From NCBI GenBank assembly GCA_010093605.1, contig MU004191.1, forward strand, positions 1,720,816 to 1,784,815: a stretch of DNA of 64,000 bases. The letters are read 5' to 3'. Within the stretch, counting starts at the first letter, position 1; each line of letters begins with the position of its first letter. This document shows positions 26,301 through 38,468 of this stretch, one piece after another. The position numbers and the translations under genes were made by a program. The notes under the pieces are model-generated. The model was not told the origin of the DNA and did not search any database. It was given only the letters and a program-made list of their open reading frames with translations. This stretch comes from Lophium mytilinum (lineage: Eukaryota).

Positions 26301-26483
26301 CGACTCTCGACGCTGGGACATCTGGCGGTCGTTGGATGGGACGATTGGAGGCCGCTGCCAGTCTATGGGGCCCGCGGCCCACGCGTTCTGCTTGCGGGCC
26401 AGGGGAATGTTCATGCTAACGAGTTCCTCGTTCGTAAAGAAGTCAGCGGGGCCGCCGCCACTGGCGCCGAAGGAGTCTGCCAT
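23394..26483 (-). CDS. MIZ/SP-RING zinc-finger protein (Siz/PIAS/Zmiz-like), 1029 aa
   Basis: C-terminal ITLFDPIS...IPVRGRDCQHKDCFDLETFL...WRCPIC (SP-RING), RRKLHHGKDLPIDLT, and a terminal SIM-like VVIDLDD. Low-complexity Q/P-rich N-terminus. Confidence 0.88.
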   Translation of the reverse strand: MADSFGASGGGPADFFTNEELVSMNIPLARKQNAWAAGPIDWQRPPIVPSNDRQMSQRRESSERHAPSNSTSPYLANTIAPPKNTTPQSSNLLPSPSPSDDLTMEPPSAPLRRSPDNFSDASRPPTPMEAVRKRAAVRGLDHLSKRHASSDMSASRPVVTQRQNQVPHRQASQTFTRPQPVQQFVPPGRPQSQFRPQNLTMPQHQQVQTPVRSYSNPEMQNQQQARSQPGTPTLPPSIPDANYFTIGDCEARLGLLMNQAGNQLSRYDRQRISVLEDALKRRDLAYLTVHQYYCMAQSCPHLLPLGLRSLPELKATLEYLAEVLGSNEGLSCNITLPNQNASYNLLEWFAAYPYPLAQIAVDWPTRYHQEQQSVIRFAKLFGSQYLPLKEYCNRRGWPPLARELYDVLGINSTTLRAIVWRCMRRSIWNTIQILPVDPSVWEQEAETLFEQNERTFLARWNKDGWISNGQVASDEEDSHYRKSLQALLHSLKKTIDSLLRPNQQRRPQATLAHSPTIQQNNCTGPPQGVNHSPPFGSLPDVAQAAGIQRVGPIGSVQRVHSNAANAYVPQPRRGPGRPRIDDGNQATLRNGPGRPQLIATHGPIGRPTTQQAPPRNLPQSNLPQLAAREYQLARPIYPPRGYQPPQPIDPNPARSAIHQGLLRSPVLIANQLNGPMPNLLYRYVKGFAVTPKILSCNPLPPNPPKQTWTFSIDKFDFARIAKDRKREPSNPASRIIDGSAETYRLRCVKWTSNEAVTEPMWFTADSAWIPSTYFKLNGNRLEPRRKLHHGKDLPIDLTTLLREGENQLEISTIRKYKGAAFNYALAIEIVGVTTHENIKLQCTKNRQPASNILNAIRASLAGLDADDDLCITSSNISITLFDPISAYKIFDIPVRGRDCQHKDCFDLETFLQTRKRKHPTWPTVVDNWRCPICKADVRPSTLFVDGFMEEVRKTLAEKALLDTREIIVDQDGSWKPKPEKRDKNSVRDPDTPEAEEPQPPQQSSTALPTRSAAPDPQPRPQRVVIDLDD

Positions 26484-27283
26484 GCCGGCCAGTATCGCGG
26501 AACTTGCAGCGAGGGAGGTAAAGGTGTTCGAGAGGGGTCCTCTGTCGGCGACACTCGACAGGCGCGGTGGAGGCGGTAGGGCATGGCGCTCCTGCTGCGG
26601 TCCAGAGGGGAGGCTGTCGGGCGGCTAGCGGAGAGACAGAAGGACCGTAGACATGTCTCGCCGCCGACAGGATCGCAGAGGGCGTGGTGATTCTGATCGG
26701 GGGATAAATAGGCAGCGAGGGGAGGCTGAAGGGAGCCTGGAGGGGGGTTATCGTAGGTGTGGTTGAGTTTGGGACGGCACGAGAAGAGCATCTGGGGGAC
26801 AAGCAGGGGCCGCTCTGGCACCCGTCCAGTCCCTGCCACTCGACCCGAAGTATTGCCAAGCTGCACACTTGACCTCCAATTGCTGGCCAGCTGGCGTCGT
26901 TCCAAGTGGCCTCGTCTCCGCTCCGGGGACCCAGCGGCGTTGAGCCTAGACAGCCTGAGCCGTGGATCTCTTCCGTGACGACCTCACCGAAATGCCACGC
27001 CTGACGAGCAGCACCACCATCCACTGCCCTCCATCCCATTGCTGTTGAGACGTGCTGCCATCGTGCCCTCCCCGTCCTCGCTCGCTCCATCGCCTCTCCA
27101 TCTGTCGCGTAGAGGAGCCCTGTCCGAGTCGCCAGCTGTCTGCGTTTCACACCACCACCACCCCAAATCGTCTGCTGGCAGCTCCACTCCAGGAAATGTC
27201 CAAAACCACCGCGTCCGCACGGTGAGAGCCAGCAGCCCGACCACCACCACCAAAGCGGCCGCGCCCGCCTCCTGCCGAGCATC

Positions 27284-30200
27284 ATGGCCGCACGAACCCA
27301 GACTGAGCACGCGAAGCCCGGCGATATCTTGCTCGTCGTCCGTGAGTTGCCCAGACGTCGCTAGGTGTTGTTGATACACCGCCCCAGTATCGCGAGCTGC
27401 GTGTCGCGTTGTCCAATCTCGAGGTCCAATGCTGACGTAGCTCCCATCCAGACGAGTTCTCCGCCCGTAGTCCGGACGAATTGACTCTGGCTAAGAACGA
27501 TCGCATTGAACTCATTGAACGCGATGACGACTTTGGCGACGGCTGGTTTTTGGGGAGACATTTGCAGAATGGCAACAGCGGCCTCTTCCCTGAGGGTAGG
27601 CCCCTTTTACTCAGACTCCGTCCTCATGCTTCTTCCTCGACACCGGCCACCCCATCTTCCTCCATCTAACTCTGGGGACAGTCTACACGCGAATAGCAAT
27701 TACGCCTCGCGCAACACTCACAGATGCCTCGCACACCCGCCAATTCTCACAAACCTCGCCCAACCCCCAAGTTCCTCCACCCCAGGAACTGCCTGCAGCA
27801 ACACCCCCTGCCCTCGAAGCCCCTCGAGCTGTCCCCGAGCCCACCACCGGCACGGAGTCTGCGCCGGCGGAATTACCGAATACAGAAACCCCACCTCAGG
27901 CCACAACAAGCCCCCTGCAGATACCGACCTCTCCTCCATCTTCCGCAAAGGCCAATCGTGTTTCGCAACCTTCAGCAAATGCTGCGCGAAGTCTAGGTAT
28001 GGCATTGACGGGATCGCTGGGAGACCAAGGAAGTCCGGTCATGAACGAGACCCTGAGCGTCATTGACGAGCACATTACGGACATGAACACGCCCCGGCAC
28101 AGTCTCGTTGCGAAAGACTTGCGAAGCGGAAATGATTCAGGTAGCGAGTACAGCAGCCACCATCGTCTGTCGTACATAAACGGCCACGAAACCGACGAGG
28201 AAGAGGATCAGAACCTGCACACCGAAGCGGACGTGAATTCGTGGACACCTGCCCGGGTTGCTGAGTATCTTGAAGATGTTGGCGTTGATAAAAAGCACTG
28301 CGAGATATTCCACAAGGAGGAAATATCCGGCGAGCTGCTACTGGCCATGGATCAGGCGACCGTCTTTTTGAAGGAGTTCGATCTCGGTCCGGTCGGGTCC
28401 CGGTTACGGACATGGCTGAAGATCAAGTCCTTGCAACAGGAGGTCAAAGCTGCCCGAGAGGGTCCGAGAAGCGTGTCTGAATTTGCGGACGAGTCTCCTA
28501 ATGAGCTACCACGAAACCGAAGTACCTCTATGGGCGCCATCCTCCCTCGGATCCCGAACCTGATGGACGGCTCAGGGTCACGGACTCCTCCCAAGTCGAG
28601 GCAAACCTTACCACGAGCGAATTCATCCATGGGCCATGCTGCTACTATCATGGAAGCCACATCTCCTCTGACAAATGTCACGCCGTCTTCTCCCGGTCCT
28701 GGGACTCCCACACGCCCATCTGCGGCATCTGTTCGTAATATGAATCAGAATCGACGCCACTCTTCGATTGACCATGCGAATCAAGCAACACCGGGCCCAG
28801 TGGCCTCGGCGCGATCGCCAGTCCAGACTTCTCACAAGAAAACCCCATCTTTCGATCGAGGCTGGACCATGGGCACTCCGACTGCTCGGAACTCTAACCA
28901 CGAAATCAAAAGGCCGTCCTCTTCAGCCCACATGCATTCCATCAGTACCGAAGGCGCCGCATTTGACAACCCGCAGAATCAGAATGGCTTTACCACGGCT
29001 TCGCCTGCTGACCTTGATCGCGGCTATTTTTCAGGGGGAGAAGTAGACAACCGCAAGGCGAGAAACGTGCTACGGAAGAGAGACAGCCCCGTTCACTCTC
29101 GCAATCCTAGCTATAGTACCGAATCAGGACGGCGCTCGGCTTATAATAGGCGCCATAGCAGGATCGGGAGCACCGAGTCAATGGTGGAGGTTACCAGCCC
29201 GGTTTCGCCAGCTGCGAGAGCGTACTATGGCGCAGGTGCAAAGGCGCATGGGCATCGCAGTTCAGGCGGCTTCGACTTCGTCCGCCCACTCAAACCAGGA
29301 AGCGACCTGCCACCACCCGTCACCAAGCTTGAATACGGCAAATCACCTAGCATAGATGCGATCGCTGCATCTCCGCACCTTCCGAGCAGCGAAGCGTCGT
29401 CTTTCGGGCGAGCTTCGCCATCGCCGGCGACACCAACAGAACCGAAAGCAAGCCATTCGTTCTTTGGCAAGAAGAGCCGCACTGCTGGTCTTCGAGCCAT
29501 ATCGGACGCAATCACAGGCAGCGAGAAAGCCATGTTCTCATCTAACAGTGCCAACTCATCGTCGCCTATAAAGGAATCACCGCTCCATTCTCCTACACGT
29601 ACTGGGTCCACGACCCCCTCTGGGACCTCGAAAAGCTTTGATCTGGAGCCAGCCGACACAGGCAAGCAGTCTACGGGCAGCTCCGCCGGAGTGTCGCTGG
29701 CGCCCGCCAATAAAAGGCGAAAATCGAAGAAACAAACGAGCGCATACCTGCGAGGTCGACAACAAATCACACCACAGGATGCCATGGTCGGCTGCGACTA
29801 CAGCGGGTGGATGAAGAAGAAGTCATCCAACTTGATGACAACATGGAAACCCCGCCTATTTGTCCTCCGAGGCCGTCGCCTATCCTACTTCTACTCGGAG
29901 TACGACACAGAGGAAAAGGGCTTGATAGACATCTCCTCCCACCGCGTCCTGCCCGCCAACAACGAGCGAATTGCCAGCCTCCACGCTACCCTAACCCGCG
30001 CAACCTCATCTCCATCATCGCCCCAGAACCCCACTATCCCCACCACCGCATCAACCGACGCCGCCTCCGCGAACGCTATCGAAGGCGACATTGCCGGCAT
30101 GTTCATCTTCAAACTCGTCCCGCCCCGTAGCGGCCTCCAAAAGGGCGTGCAATTTACGAAACCAATCGTACACTATTTCGCCGTCGATAACATCCAGCAA

Positions 30201-30584
30201 GGACGTCTCTGGATGGCCGCCCTCATGAAAGCGACCATTGACCGCGATGAGAACGCCACCATCACCAGCACGTACCAGCAGAAAACTATCTCGCTCGAGA
30301 AAGCGCGCGCGATGCGGCAACGGCCGCCCGCGTTGATGGGCGACGATGATGACATGCTTGAGGCGGACGACGATGGTGCGAGTAAACCGAGTAAAGAGGA
30401 GAGTCTGGTGGATGAGGTTATCCCTGAGGAGGATGAGAAGAAGGGGCTTGCCATCTCGGGGTTGGATGACGCAAAGGCGTTGCTAGAGTATGCCGAACAT
30501 GGCGATACTGTCTCTTCGCCGGTTGATGTCAACACGGCTGCGGATACGCCACTGCCGGAGGAGAAGAGGGTGGCCACTGTGTAA
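27284..30584 (+). CDS. Polarity scaffold of the Boi1/Boi2/Pob1 family (SH3-SAM-PH); 3 exons
   Basis: SH3: LLVVHEFSARSPDELTLAKNDRIELIERDDDFGDGWFLG...GLFPEVYT across two introns. SAM: WTPARVAEYL...EEISGELLL. PH: DYSGWMKKKSSNLMTTWKPRLFVLRGRRLSY...GRLWMAALMK. Confidence 0.92.
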
Positions 30585-31549
30585 TCGGAAGTGACAGTTT
30601 GCTCCACGGCGGTACCTCCACCCCCACCTCATACTCTCATTTCGACGGCGTTTCGGGGACCTACGTCAGATCACAACCATCACCACTTTAGCGTTCAGAC
30701 AGGAGTTTGGACTGGGGTTTCATGTTTCCACTTTTGTTATTCCCAGCCTCAACAACCACCCTTTCCAACCGCTTTCCCATTCGACCTGCACCCCTACTCG
30801 GTCATGGTTCGACAGCCACATCGCCTGCAATGAATGTGGTGGTGGGGCTACGGCGGGATTGGGTGGGCTAGCTTTGGCAGAGGAAACTACATACTTACTT
30901 TCACGACGGAATTGCGACGGGAAAACCATGATATACCAGCATACGAGGGGGGTGTTCTTTGAGGTTCCTTCTTTGGCGGATGGGGCGATGTTTGGGATGG
31001 TTCTGGACTGGGAACAGGATGTGGGTTGTGGTGGGTAATAGGGGAGGAAGGGGAGGAGAGGTTAAGTGTTTAGTGTGCAATAATGTGAAGTTGTAATCGT
31101 GTGCTGAGGGTCTGCCTACTCTGCAGTGTGATTGATGTGAGTATCTTGGCATGTCGGATCTTGAAGTTGGAGACTGCAGCTTTTTGGTCGAGGCAATCGT
31201 TTGGATGGTATCGTGGCTGAGCTTGGTACGTCGTAAACGCCAAAGATACCTGCTGCTCTCGGTATCTCGCACTTTTCACCTTCTTTCCATCGAGTTAACA
31301 TCTAGACTGGTGTCTGAGCAGGCAGAAAACGCTCGCTACCACTAACTGGTCTCTATGTTCAACATTTTTAAGCTTCATTATTACAAGCACTGTCTCTTCC
31401 GGTAATTTTGGTATCTTGTCCTTTTATTAGCAGTTCTTCGAGACACGATGCCTCAAAAAAATCATAGGGCCCCCTAACCAAGTTCCCCACCCCTCGTCAT
31501 CCATATCCTTAGATGAGTACAATGCCAACCCCTCAACCCAAAAGCACAT

Positions 31550-33088
31550 CTAATACTTCACCCCCAACTTCCACCCAACCTGGCACCCCCTCGCCGCGAT
31601 AAACATCCCAAAGCTCGCCGTATAGCACAGCCCCGTCCACACCACCACGCCCCAGTACCTCCCCGCCGTCGCCTGCAAAATCGCGCCCGCAATCGGAATC
31701 CCCGTCAGCGTCCCAAAGCTCACCACCGTGTAGCACGTCGCGTAATACCGCCCGTACTGGCTCGTCTCGCACAGCTGCCCCACACACACCGGCGTCAGGC
31801 TGATATTCGACCCGGACGCAAACCCAAACAACACCGCGTACGCGACCGCCAGCCCTTTGATCGTGGCGCGCGCGGCCGGCGTCTCAGGTTCGAGGATCGC
31901 GGCGGGCAGCCAGAGCGTCATGGTCGTCGCCGTGCACAACCCCAGCATCGCGACCATGCTGTTGAAGCGGCCGAGCTTGTCGGCGAGGTAGCCCGGCACG
32001 GCGCGGCCGAGGGAGGAGCCGGCGTTGAAGATGGCGATGAGCTGGTAGGCGAAGGTGGGGTCGATAGCGCCGGACGCCAGCGCGAAAGTGGTGAGGTACG
32101 TGATCGGCACGAAGAGGCCCCATTCCATAAAGAAGACGCCGGCGGTCGCGAACGCGAAGCTGCGGTCGCGGAAAATGCGCAGGTCCATCGACACGCTCTG
32201 CCCGGGTTTTGGGGGCAGCCGCGAGCGGATGAGGAGCTGCGCGGTCACGCACAGCAGGATGAAGATGAAGCCCATGATGCGGGTGGACCAGGCGAAGCCG
32301 ACGCGGGGAAAGAGGCGTTGCAGCATTAGCGGGAAGATAACGCCGCCGACGGAGCCGCCGGCGGCGGCGATGCCGGTGGCGTAGCCGCGTTTGAGGAGGA
32401 AGAAGTGGCCGATGGCGGACACGGCGGGGGTGAAGAGGAGGGAGGTGCCGATGCCGCCGAGGATGCCGAAGCAGAGCATGAATTGGTAGTATTGCGTGCA
32501 GAGGCCGAGGAGGAGCATCGAGGCGGAGAGCATAATGCCGCCGCTGGCTATCAGGACTTTGGGCCCTTTGGCGTCGAAGATGGGGCCGATTTGGATGCCG
32601 CAGAAGAAGGAGAGGAAGACGTAGACGCTGAAGATCCAGCCGATGGTGCTTTCGGACATGTGTTTGAGTTGGTGCTCGCTGAGGTAGGCTTGGAAGGTTC
32701 CGATGGTGTTCCTGGGGGATTGTTAGCTGGTGTCGTTGGGAAGGGAGGTCCAGGGGACTAACATCAGACCAAAGCAGGCTAGCATAGCACTGAAGCTTCC
32801 AAAGCAGACGAGCCATCCGGCTAGACCGCCCTCTGGGTAGGTTACTTCATCTTGGTGGATTGGAGACTGTGCTTCTAGCACAGACGCGTCCTTCTTTTCA
32901 CTTTCCCATGGTGATGGTTGGGAGGTATCTCCGAGAGCGGGGTGTGCACCGCATTCTGTTGCTGACGCCGAGTCTTCAGGATTTGGGAAGCGGGGAATAT
33001 GATAATCCACCGTAGGCAACTTGTACAGTTGCGGGCGCTGCGGTTCGAAGTCTAGTCCTGGCTTGCTGCCGTTGTAGTCTTGTGGCAT
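31550..33088 (-). CDS. MFS transporter, monocarboxylate porter (MCH-like) family; 2 exons
   Basis: YPEGGLAGWLVCFGSF, GPIFDAKGP, HFFLLKRGYATGIAAAGGSVGGVIFP and GYLADKLGRFN; about 12 hydrophobic segments. Intron about 32713-32761. Confidence 0.93.
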
Positions 33089-33944
33089 CCGCTGCTGGGG
33101 AGAGACTAGAAGAGGAGAGTGTACGACGAAGATGATATATTGGAATTGAGAGACGGCGATGTTTTGCTATTGAAAGAGAACTCGTGGGTTGATTGGAATT
33201 CTGCCTACGCCCCCAAGTCGCGTACTTTCGAAGACTATTCAGTTATGCCATGAATGTGAAGAGAAAAATAACAATGTGGGCGTTGGCGGGGTATAAATAA
33301 CCTCCTGCCTCCCCCGCTACTACGGGGTCTAGTGGCCGAATGCGGATTAACAGGCTTTTTACGTCACGCTTCTGTTGAGTTTGCTTGCCGAAGTTCCGTT
33401 TCGCCCTCCAGAATATATGGCCGCCGCCAAGATTTTCCTTTTTTGCCTGCCGTCTAGAGTGTGCGGTGTGACTAAATAGAGCTGGTTTGCATCCAAGCCT
33501 GCATATGGCGTCTTTAGAGCCACAGAGCTTTCATTAGTGAGTCAAAGATGTCATTTCGGTCGCGCCCTACGCGCTCTTCGCTCTTTGAATTGTCCGAAAT
33601 GCGGTGAGAAAACGTCATCCCCATTCTTGGCTGGTTGATAACGCTTGAATCGGAAAAAACTGCTCCTTGGGCAGATGAAATAGCAGGTATCATGTCTTGA
33701 AGAAGACTCGAGGTCAAATTTGAGCTATGGTCCGTGCTGCCAAGCCAAAGTCACGTGAGCATGTAGCAAGATGATTAGAAAGTACACAGAGTGCAAAAGC
33801 TGTTGGGAGGTCAAGTGTTATTGTGTTAGATTTCTCTATATTAGACGCTTCGGCGTATCTTCGTGTTCGTCCATTTCCTCAATCTGCGCGCCTAAGTTCA
33901 TACTTAGGGTGCAGCGGTCAGTCAATCAAGAGGATTGTTAGGGC

Positions 33945-35333
33945 CTAGAATATGTCAAGCGGAGGACTGCTAGGGTCCAGAAGTATCTCAAGGCGATATA
34001 CGATGTACTCCGAGTGATCTCGCCAATCGCCTTCCTCAAGCAATTCGATAGCCTCGTCAGTGGACATAGGAGCCAAAAGCATTGGTAGGGCTTTGATAAC
34101 CCAATGAGCAGGATGGCCATCCTTGCCAAAGGTTCCTGCATCAAGAGCTGCGTAGATCGCGTTCTTCGCCGTGTATATGCAGTCCCCTTGGCCACCCATA
34201 GCTTTCGTCATATACTTGGTGTAGTCTTTTCGATAAGCCTCCAGAACTGCAGGGGAGAACTCACTCTCATCCGCTCTCCAGTCTTGTTGAAGCCATTTAG
34301 GCAGAGAGGCATACCCAACACAACGTGGTGTGGTCTGCACCCAATCCCAGTCAATGATTGCCTTTACCTTGCATGTCTCGGGATCACACAGAATATTGAG
34401 CCGATGCAAGTCTGGATGATGAAGGACGAAAGGCTTCTCCTGATCTTCTGTGAAAGGTTTGCAATCCAAGGCTGTCTGTATGATTCTGGATACTCCTTGG
34501 ACGATTGTCTCGTCAGCTTTCCATCGTTTGAATCGTTCATCGAACCCCTTATCAAGGTTTTCGAATGTGGAGTGAGAGGGAGTGATTGTAACAATCTCTC
34601 GCACGAACTTGCCTGATGTCTCATCAATTTTACCATCAAAGAGAAATACCGGGCCAATCTTGGGAGTATCTGCATCGTCGTCAAACTCCAGGCGCCCGGC
34701 CATCCCGAACTCAAGATGACGCAGTTCCGCCATCGACTCCGCTAGTGACTTCAAGAGTGTCTGCCGACGCTGCTCAAACTTTTCCAGTCCACGCGCTGTG
34801 CGGCCCGTAGAATCGGACTCCCCCCATATGGTCTTCGCTGGCACTCCTTCTATGAACTCCATCATGATGAACGGAGCATCGATCTCATTGGAGAGCGTTG
34901 CGGAAAAGTGGTACACCTCTGGAATCGGAACTTTCGTGTGTTTCTTGATGTAACGCATTGTCAATGCCTCTGAGCGAAGATTGTGTTCGTCTTCTTCCCG
35001 CCATCGTCCCTCCTGGCCCATTGCTGGGACCTTGACCACGATCTGCAAGCCAGTCGTAAAGCGGACGACGTAAACATTGTTGTATCCGCCTCGCAGCTTG
35101 TTCACGACACGGGCGCTCACACCGACCGGCTCACCGTTCGGGTAGATTGTGGCTAAAGCAAGTTTTGTCAGGGCTTTGTTGTCAATGCTGCTTGTAGACC
35201 CCCAGAACCGATCCTCGCCATCTGAGGAAGAAGTGCTCGTGAAAAAGTTTGAGTTCTCCATGTGAGGCGTAGGAATTTTACCTTTCGTTTGCGACTTGGT
35301 GAAGATCTTCTGCTTGAGTTTCTCGAGGAGCAT
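33945..35333 (-). CDS. APH/choline-kinase-like phosphotransferase (kinase 1), intronless
   Basis: GGYNNVY loop, VKVP Lys, RSEALTMRYI, VPIPEVY, FIMMEFIEG, FVLHHPDLHRLNIL (catalytic loop) and AIIDWD (Mg-binding). Confidence 0.88.
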   Translation of the reverse strand: MLLEKLKQKIFTKSQTKGKIPTPHMENSNFFTSTSSSDGEDRFWGSTSSIDNKALTKLALATIYPNGEPVGVSARVVNKLRGGYNNVYVVRFTTGLQIVVKVPAMGQEGRWREEDEHNLRSEALTMRYIKKHTKVPIPEVYHFSATLSNEIDAPFIMMEFIEGVPAKTIWGESDSTGRTARGLEKFEQRRQTLLKSLAESMAELRHLEFGMAGRLEFDDDADTPKIGPVFLFDGKIDETSGKFVREIVTITPSHSTFENLDKGFDERFKRWKADETIVQGVSRIIQTALDCKPFTEDQEKPFVLHHPDLHRLNILCDPETCKVKAIIDWDWVQTTPRCVGYASLPKWLQQDWRADESEFSPAVLEAYRKDYTKYMTKAMGGQGDCIYTAKNAIYAALDAGTFGKDGHPAHWVIKALPMLLAPMSTDEAIELLEEGDWRDHSEYIVYRLEILLDPSSPPLDIF

Positions 35334-35884
35334 CTGAATGGGACGTTCCTGAAAGCTTTGGGATAACGTTGTGGCTTTCAGGACGAAGGTATGCTAGGGA
35401 GAGCGGAGAATGGCTGGGATAAGTGGGTTCTTCTCGCTCGATTTAAATACTTCACATACATTGTGCGAGTTGGTGAGGGTATAGCGAGATGCACTCTACA
35501 ATTCGGTTGAAATGACTGAATGCTCAATGTTGCTTACAATACATTGTGTAGACAAAGCTTCTGCGATTCGTTTGCTGTTACCATGGAACTATACGAGGAC
35601 ACAAATCTAGGTACGTAGCCTTTCCATGTTTCAGAATCCCGAGAAGATGATGCATCACAGATAGCGGCTATTTAGGTCAATTTCAAGCACATGAAAGCTC
35701 TCCAAGTCAAATTCTCTAGATCTTTTTATCGAATCAACAATTACAATTGCCATAACGCGCCGAAAGCAAGTCCTAATGTGGTGAGTGAGTGTGCAAATTT
35801 ATGGCCTGTAACTCAGATCACCGCGAAGAACCGACCATTAGCTCAGACGCTTCCTCGAGCCTCAGGAATCACACGACTTCGAAC

Positions 35885-37519
35885 CTATTCTTCTTCCTCT
35901 GCATCCTCGTTTGAGCTACCCTCATCCGGGGTGTCAGCAGCCAGAAAGCTCGAAAGGCATTCCCCCAGGTAGCGCTCTCCTTCGCACCACTTCTTTTCTC
36001 CGAGCGACATCGTATAATCGCGCGCTGACTGTCGAGGAAACATAGTTCCCAACAACTTGGTAGTGAAATCTAGAAGATGGCCATCTCCGTATATGGCTGC
36101 ATCCAAAGCAGTGTATATCGCACTTTTGGCCGTATGAACGCAATCCTCATCAATATCCCCGCCCATTGCTTTAGCCATGCAATTTGCATAATACTCCCGG
36201 TAATGCTCTAATTCCTCGACGGAGTGTTCGGCCTCATCTGGCATGAAGTAGCCTGGCAACCAGTCTTCCCGAAGCCAAATGGGAACAGAGGCATACCCGA
36301 TACACCGAGGGACGAGTTTCACGCCGTCCCAGTCGATGATCCCCGTGACCTCCCCAGTATCCGGATTGCAGATGATATTCTGCAAGTTAAAGTCAGGATG
36401 CTGCAAAACGAAGGTTTCTCCGTTGGAGCCCGGTTGCAGTGATCGCGCGAATGGATCGCATTCCAGCGCTTTGAGTGCGACTTTCAAGACACCCTTCGAT
36501 TCCACGTCCTTGTCGTGGCCACCCTTCTTAACAAGCCCGTTTCGAAAGTATGCACGAGCAGAGAGCCCAGGAGGAAACGTCCTAATCTTGCGGGCGATGC
36601 CAAGGTCGTCAATGTGGTCGTTGATATCGGAAGGATCATGCCAAGTATGGATAGGACCTATCTTCGGCTTTTCCAAGTTATCTTCAGCATCGAAATCGAA
36701 TGTTCCTGTCTTACGGCACTGAATGCTACGCAGCCTAGCCATAGCATATGCCAAGGATCCGAGCAAATTGTACCGATTCTGGTCGTCTTCTGGCGCATCA
36801 TCATCCTCAGTGGGGTTGCCACACCAGATATCGCAAGCAGATACGCCTTCGATGACTTCCATAGCGATGTACGGCGCGCCAATCTCATTATCAAGATCCG
36901 TCGAGTAGGCGTACACTTCCGGGATCGGGAATTCTGGACAACCCTTCCTGATCAAACGCATGGTTAAGGCTTCCGAACGGAGGTTGTAGGCGTCTTCAGG
37001 AGTCCATCGCTCTGATTGCCCGACTGCGGGCACTTTGATCGCGATTTTGTATCCTGTAATCAGCTGGAGGATATAAACCGTATTGTAGGATCCCTGCTTC
37101 TTCTCTCGTACCCAAATCCCTACTCCTCCTAATTCGCCTTCAGGGTCGATGATCTTGAGAGCAAACTTGATTAGAGCTGTGCTATCGATCTCACCTGTCG
37201 GGCCCCAATATCGGGCTTGCTCGTGCATGGTCGTGGAGCTCTGCGAATTGGACGAGGCCATGGAAGAGGCGAGAAGGGGCCGCTTAGCTTCCTGGTCGTT
37301 CTGCGGCGTTGTTCGGCCTTGATCGGATTCATCTGTCGCAGGAAGGGACGCTTTTGGTGGACGCTGTTCAAGTGGAGTCTTGCACGGACGCCACTTGACC
37401 AGCCCCTTCTGAAGTCGTGAGCCGCATGACTTGATCCGGCTGAAGACTTGCTCCTGTAGAGCTTTCTTGGTGGAATGCTCAGACACCTGACCTTTGCGGC
37501 CGTTGTGCCGGGCAAACAT
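35885..37519 (-). CDS. APH/choline-kinase-like phosphotransferase (kinase 2), intronless
   Basis: QGSYNTVY, IKVPA, RSEALTMR, FPIPEVY, YIAMEVIEG, FVLQHPDFNLQNII and GIIDWD. Basic N-terminal extension and acidic tail. Confidence 0.88.
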   Translation of the reverse strand: MFARHNGRKGQVSEHSTKKALQEQVFSRIKSCGSRLQKGLVKWRPCKTPLEQRPPKASLPATDESDQGRTTPQNDQEAKRPLLASSMASSNSQSSTTMHEQARYWGPTGEIDSTALIKFALKIIDPEGELGGVGIWVREKKQGSYNTVYILQLITGYKIAIKVPAVGQSERWTPEDAYNLRSEALTMRLIRKGCPEFPIPEVYAYSTDLDNEIGAPYIAMEVIEGVSACDIWCGNPTEDDDAPEDDQNRYNLLGSLAYAMARLRSIQCRKTGTFDFDAEDNLEKPKIGPIHTWHDPSDINDHIDDLGIARKIRTFPPGLSARAYFRNGLVKKGGHDKDVESKGVLKVALKALECDPFARSLQPGSNGETFVLQHPDFNLQNIICNPDTGEVTGIIDWDGVKLVPRCIGYASVPIWLREDWLPGYFMPDEAEHSVEELEHYREYYANCMAKAMGGDIDEDCVHTAKSAIYTALDAAIYGDGHLLDFTTKLLGTMFPRQSARDYTMSLGEKKWCEGERYLGECLSSFLAADTPDEGSSNEDAEEEE

Positions 37520-37898
37520 GCTTTAAGTATGTTGGAGGTTGTGGGTGTGCTGGGTTATGATGGTTAGAGTGGGGTGACGGAGCTCCGATGGAGTGGTTGT
37601 TGAGTGGTTGGAAGACTCCTGAGCAAGCGCCTCCTTATATAACATGCATGACAGGCGAATTCGGTAGTGCGTCTTCAATCACGGTGGACATTCACAAGCA
37701 ATAGATTGGCCTACAATGTCGGATTGTACGACTAGAAGTTGTTTCACCTCGCTCGCGACGAACATTCACAAGACTTTTCGCTCTATTTAAGGAGATCGAG
37801 GTGCCAGAATGTCTCTTCTTTCTCTCAGACCATCTCAACGCGCTCCTTGAGGACCTCTACAACTCAGTATTGCGTTTACTGCACTTGTCCGTACCACC

Positions 37899-38468
37899 AT
37901 GTCGCCACGCTTGTGCAACACGAGAAACAGTATAACGGGAAAGGAAGCTGGGAAAACCCACCACTGTGGGCATTGCAAGAAGAAGATCTCAGCCCGATGC
38001 TTCAAGAAACTCCACTTGGCCAGCTGTACGGTAATCCGCTCCGACACGGGAAGAGAATGCGGAGAGAGATTCCTCGTCCGATCCAGGGGAGGTTGCATGT
38101 GTGAGGGCCACTCGTACCATGACGGTGCCAACAAGGCCATCCAGATGAGATTCCGCGAGATGCACTTGGGTACAGCCCCTTGGGAAGATGATATTCCGGA
38201 AGTTGACGAAGACGAAGCCGGGAAGGATGAGTCCGAGGAGTTTGAGAAGCTCGACACCATCGTGGAAGAAGAGGAAACCAAAAATGGTGTACACTTGACC
38301 TTCACCGAGGGTCGCAGCCCGTTCGAGAAATGGAACAAGTCTGGGGCGGCACCGGTTACTCCCCAGTATAGAGAAAAGCGATCGCCGCCTGCAAAGGACA
38401 ATTCCGAGCGCAAGACGAAGAAGCAGGCATTGGCAGTGACTGCCCAGGACCTCAAGCGGAAGAAGTAG
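37899..38468 (+). CDS. Small Cys/His-rich putative zinc-binding protein with acidic patch and C-terminal basic NLS-like tail
   Basis: 189-aa ORF with CACCATG start and TATTTAA at about 37783. N-terminal HHCGHC...C..H...C...C...CMC..H, acidic EDDIPEVDEDE...EEEE, ends LKRKK. Confidence 0.7.
   Translation: MSPRLCNTRNSITGKEAGKTHHCGHCKKKISARCFKKLHLASCTVIRSDTGRECGERFLVRSRGGCMCEGHSYHDGANKAIQMRFREMHLGTAPWEDDIPEVDEDEAGKDESEEFEKLDTIVEEEETKNGVHLTFTEGRSPFEKWNKSGAAPVTPQYREKRSPPAKDNSERKTKKQALAVTAQDLKRKK

Noticed and set aside
26411..27379. Several 100-280 aa ORFs between the SP-RING and Boi genes
   Set aside because: GC-rich divergent promoter/UTR sequence with no protein-like composition.
31884..32816. 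310-aa Arg/His/Pro-rich alternative-frame ORF in the MFS gene
   Set aside because: Off-frame artefact of C-ending codons.
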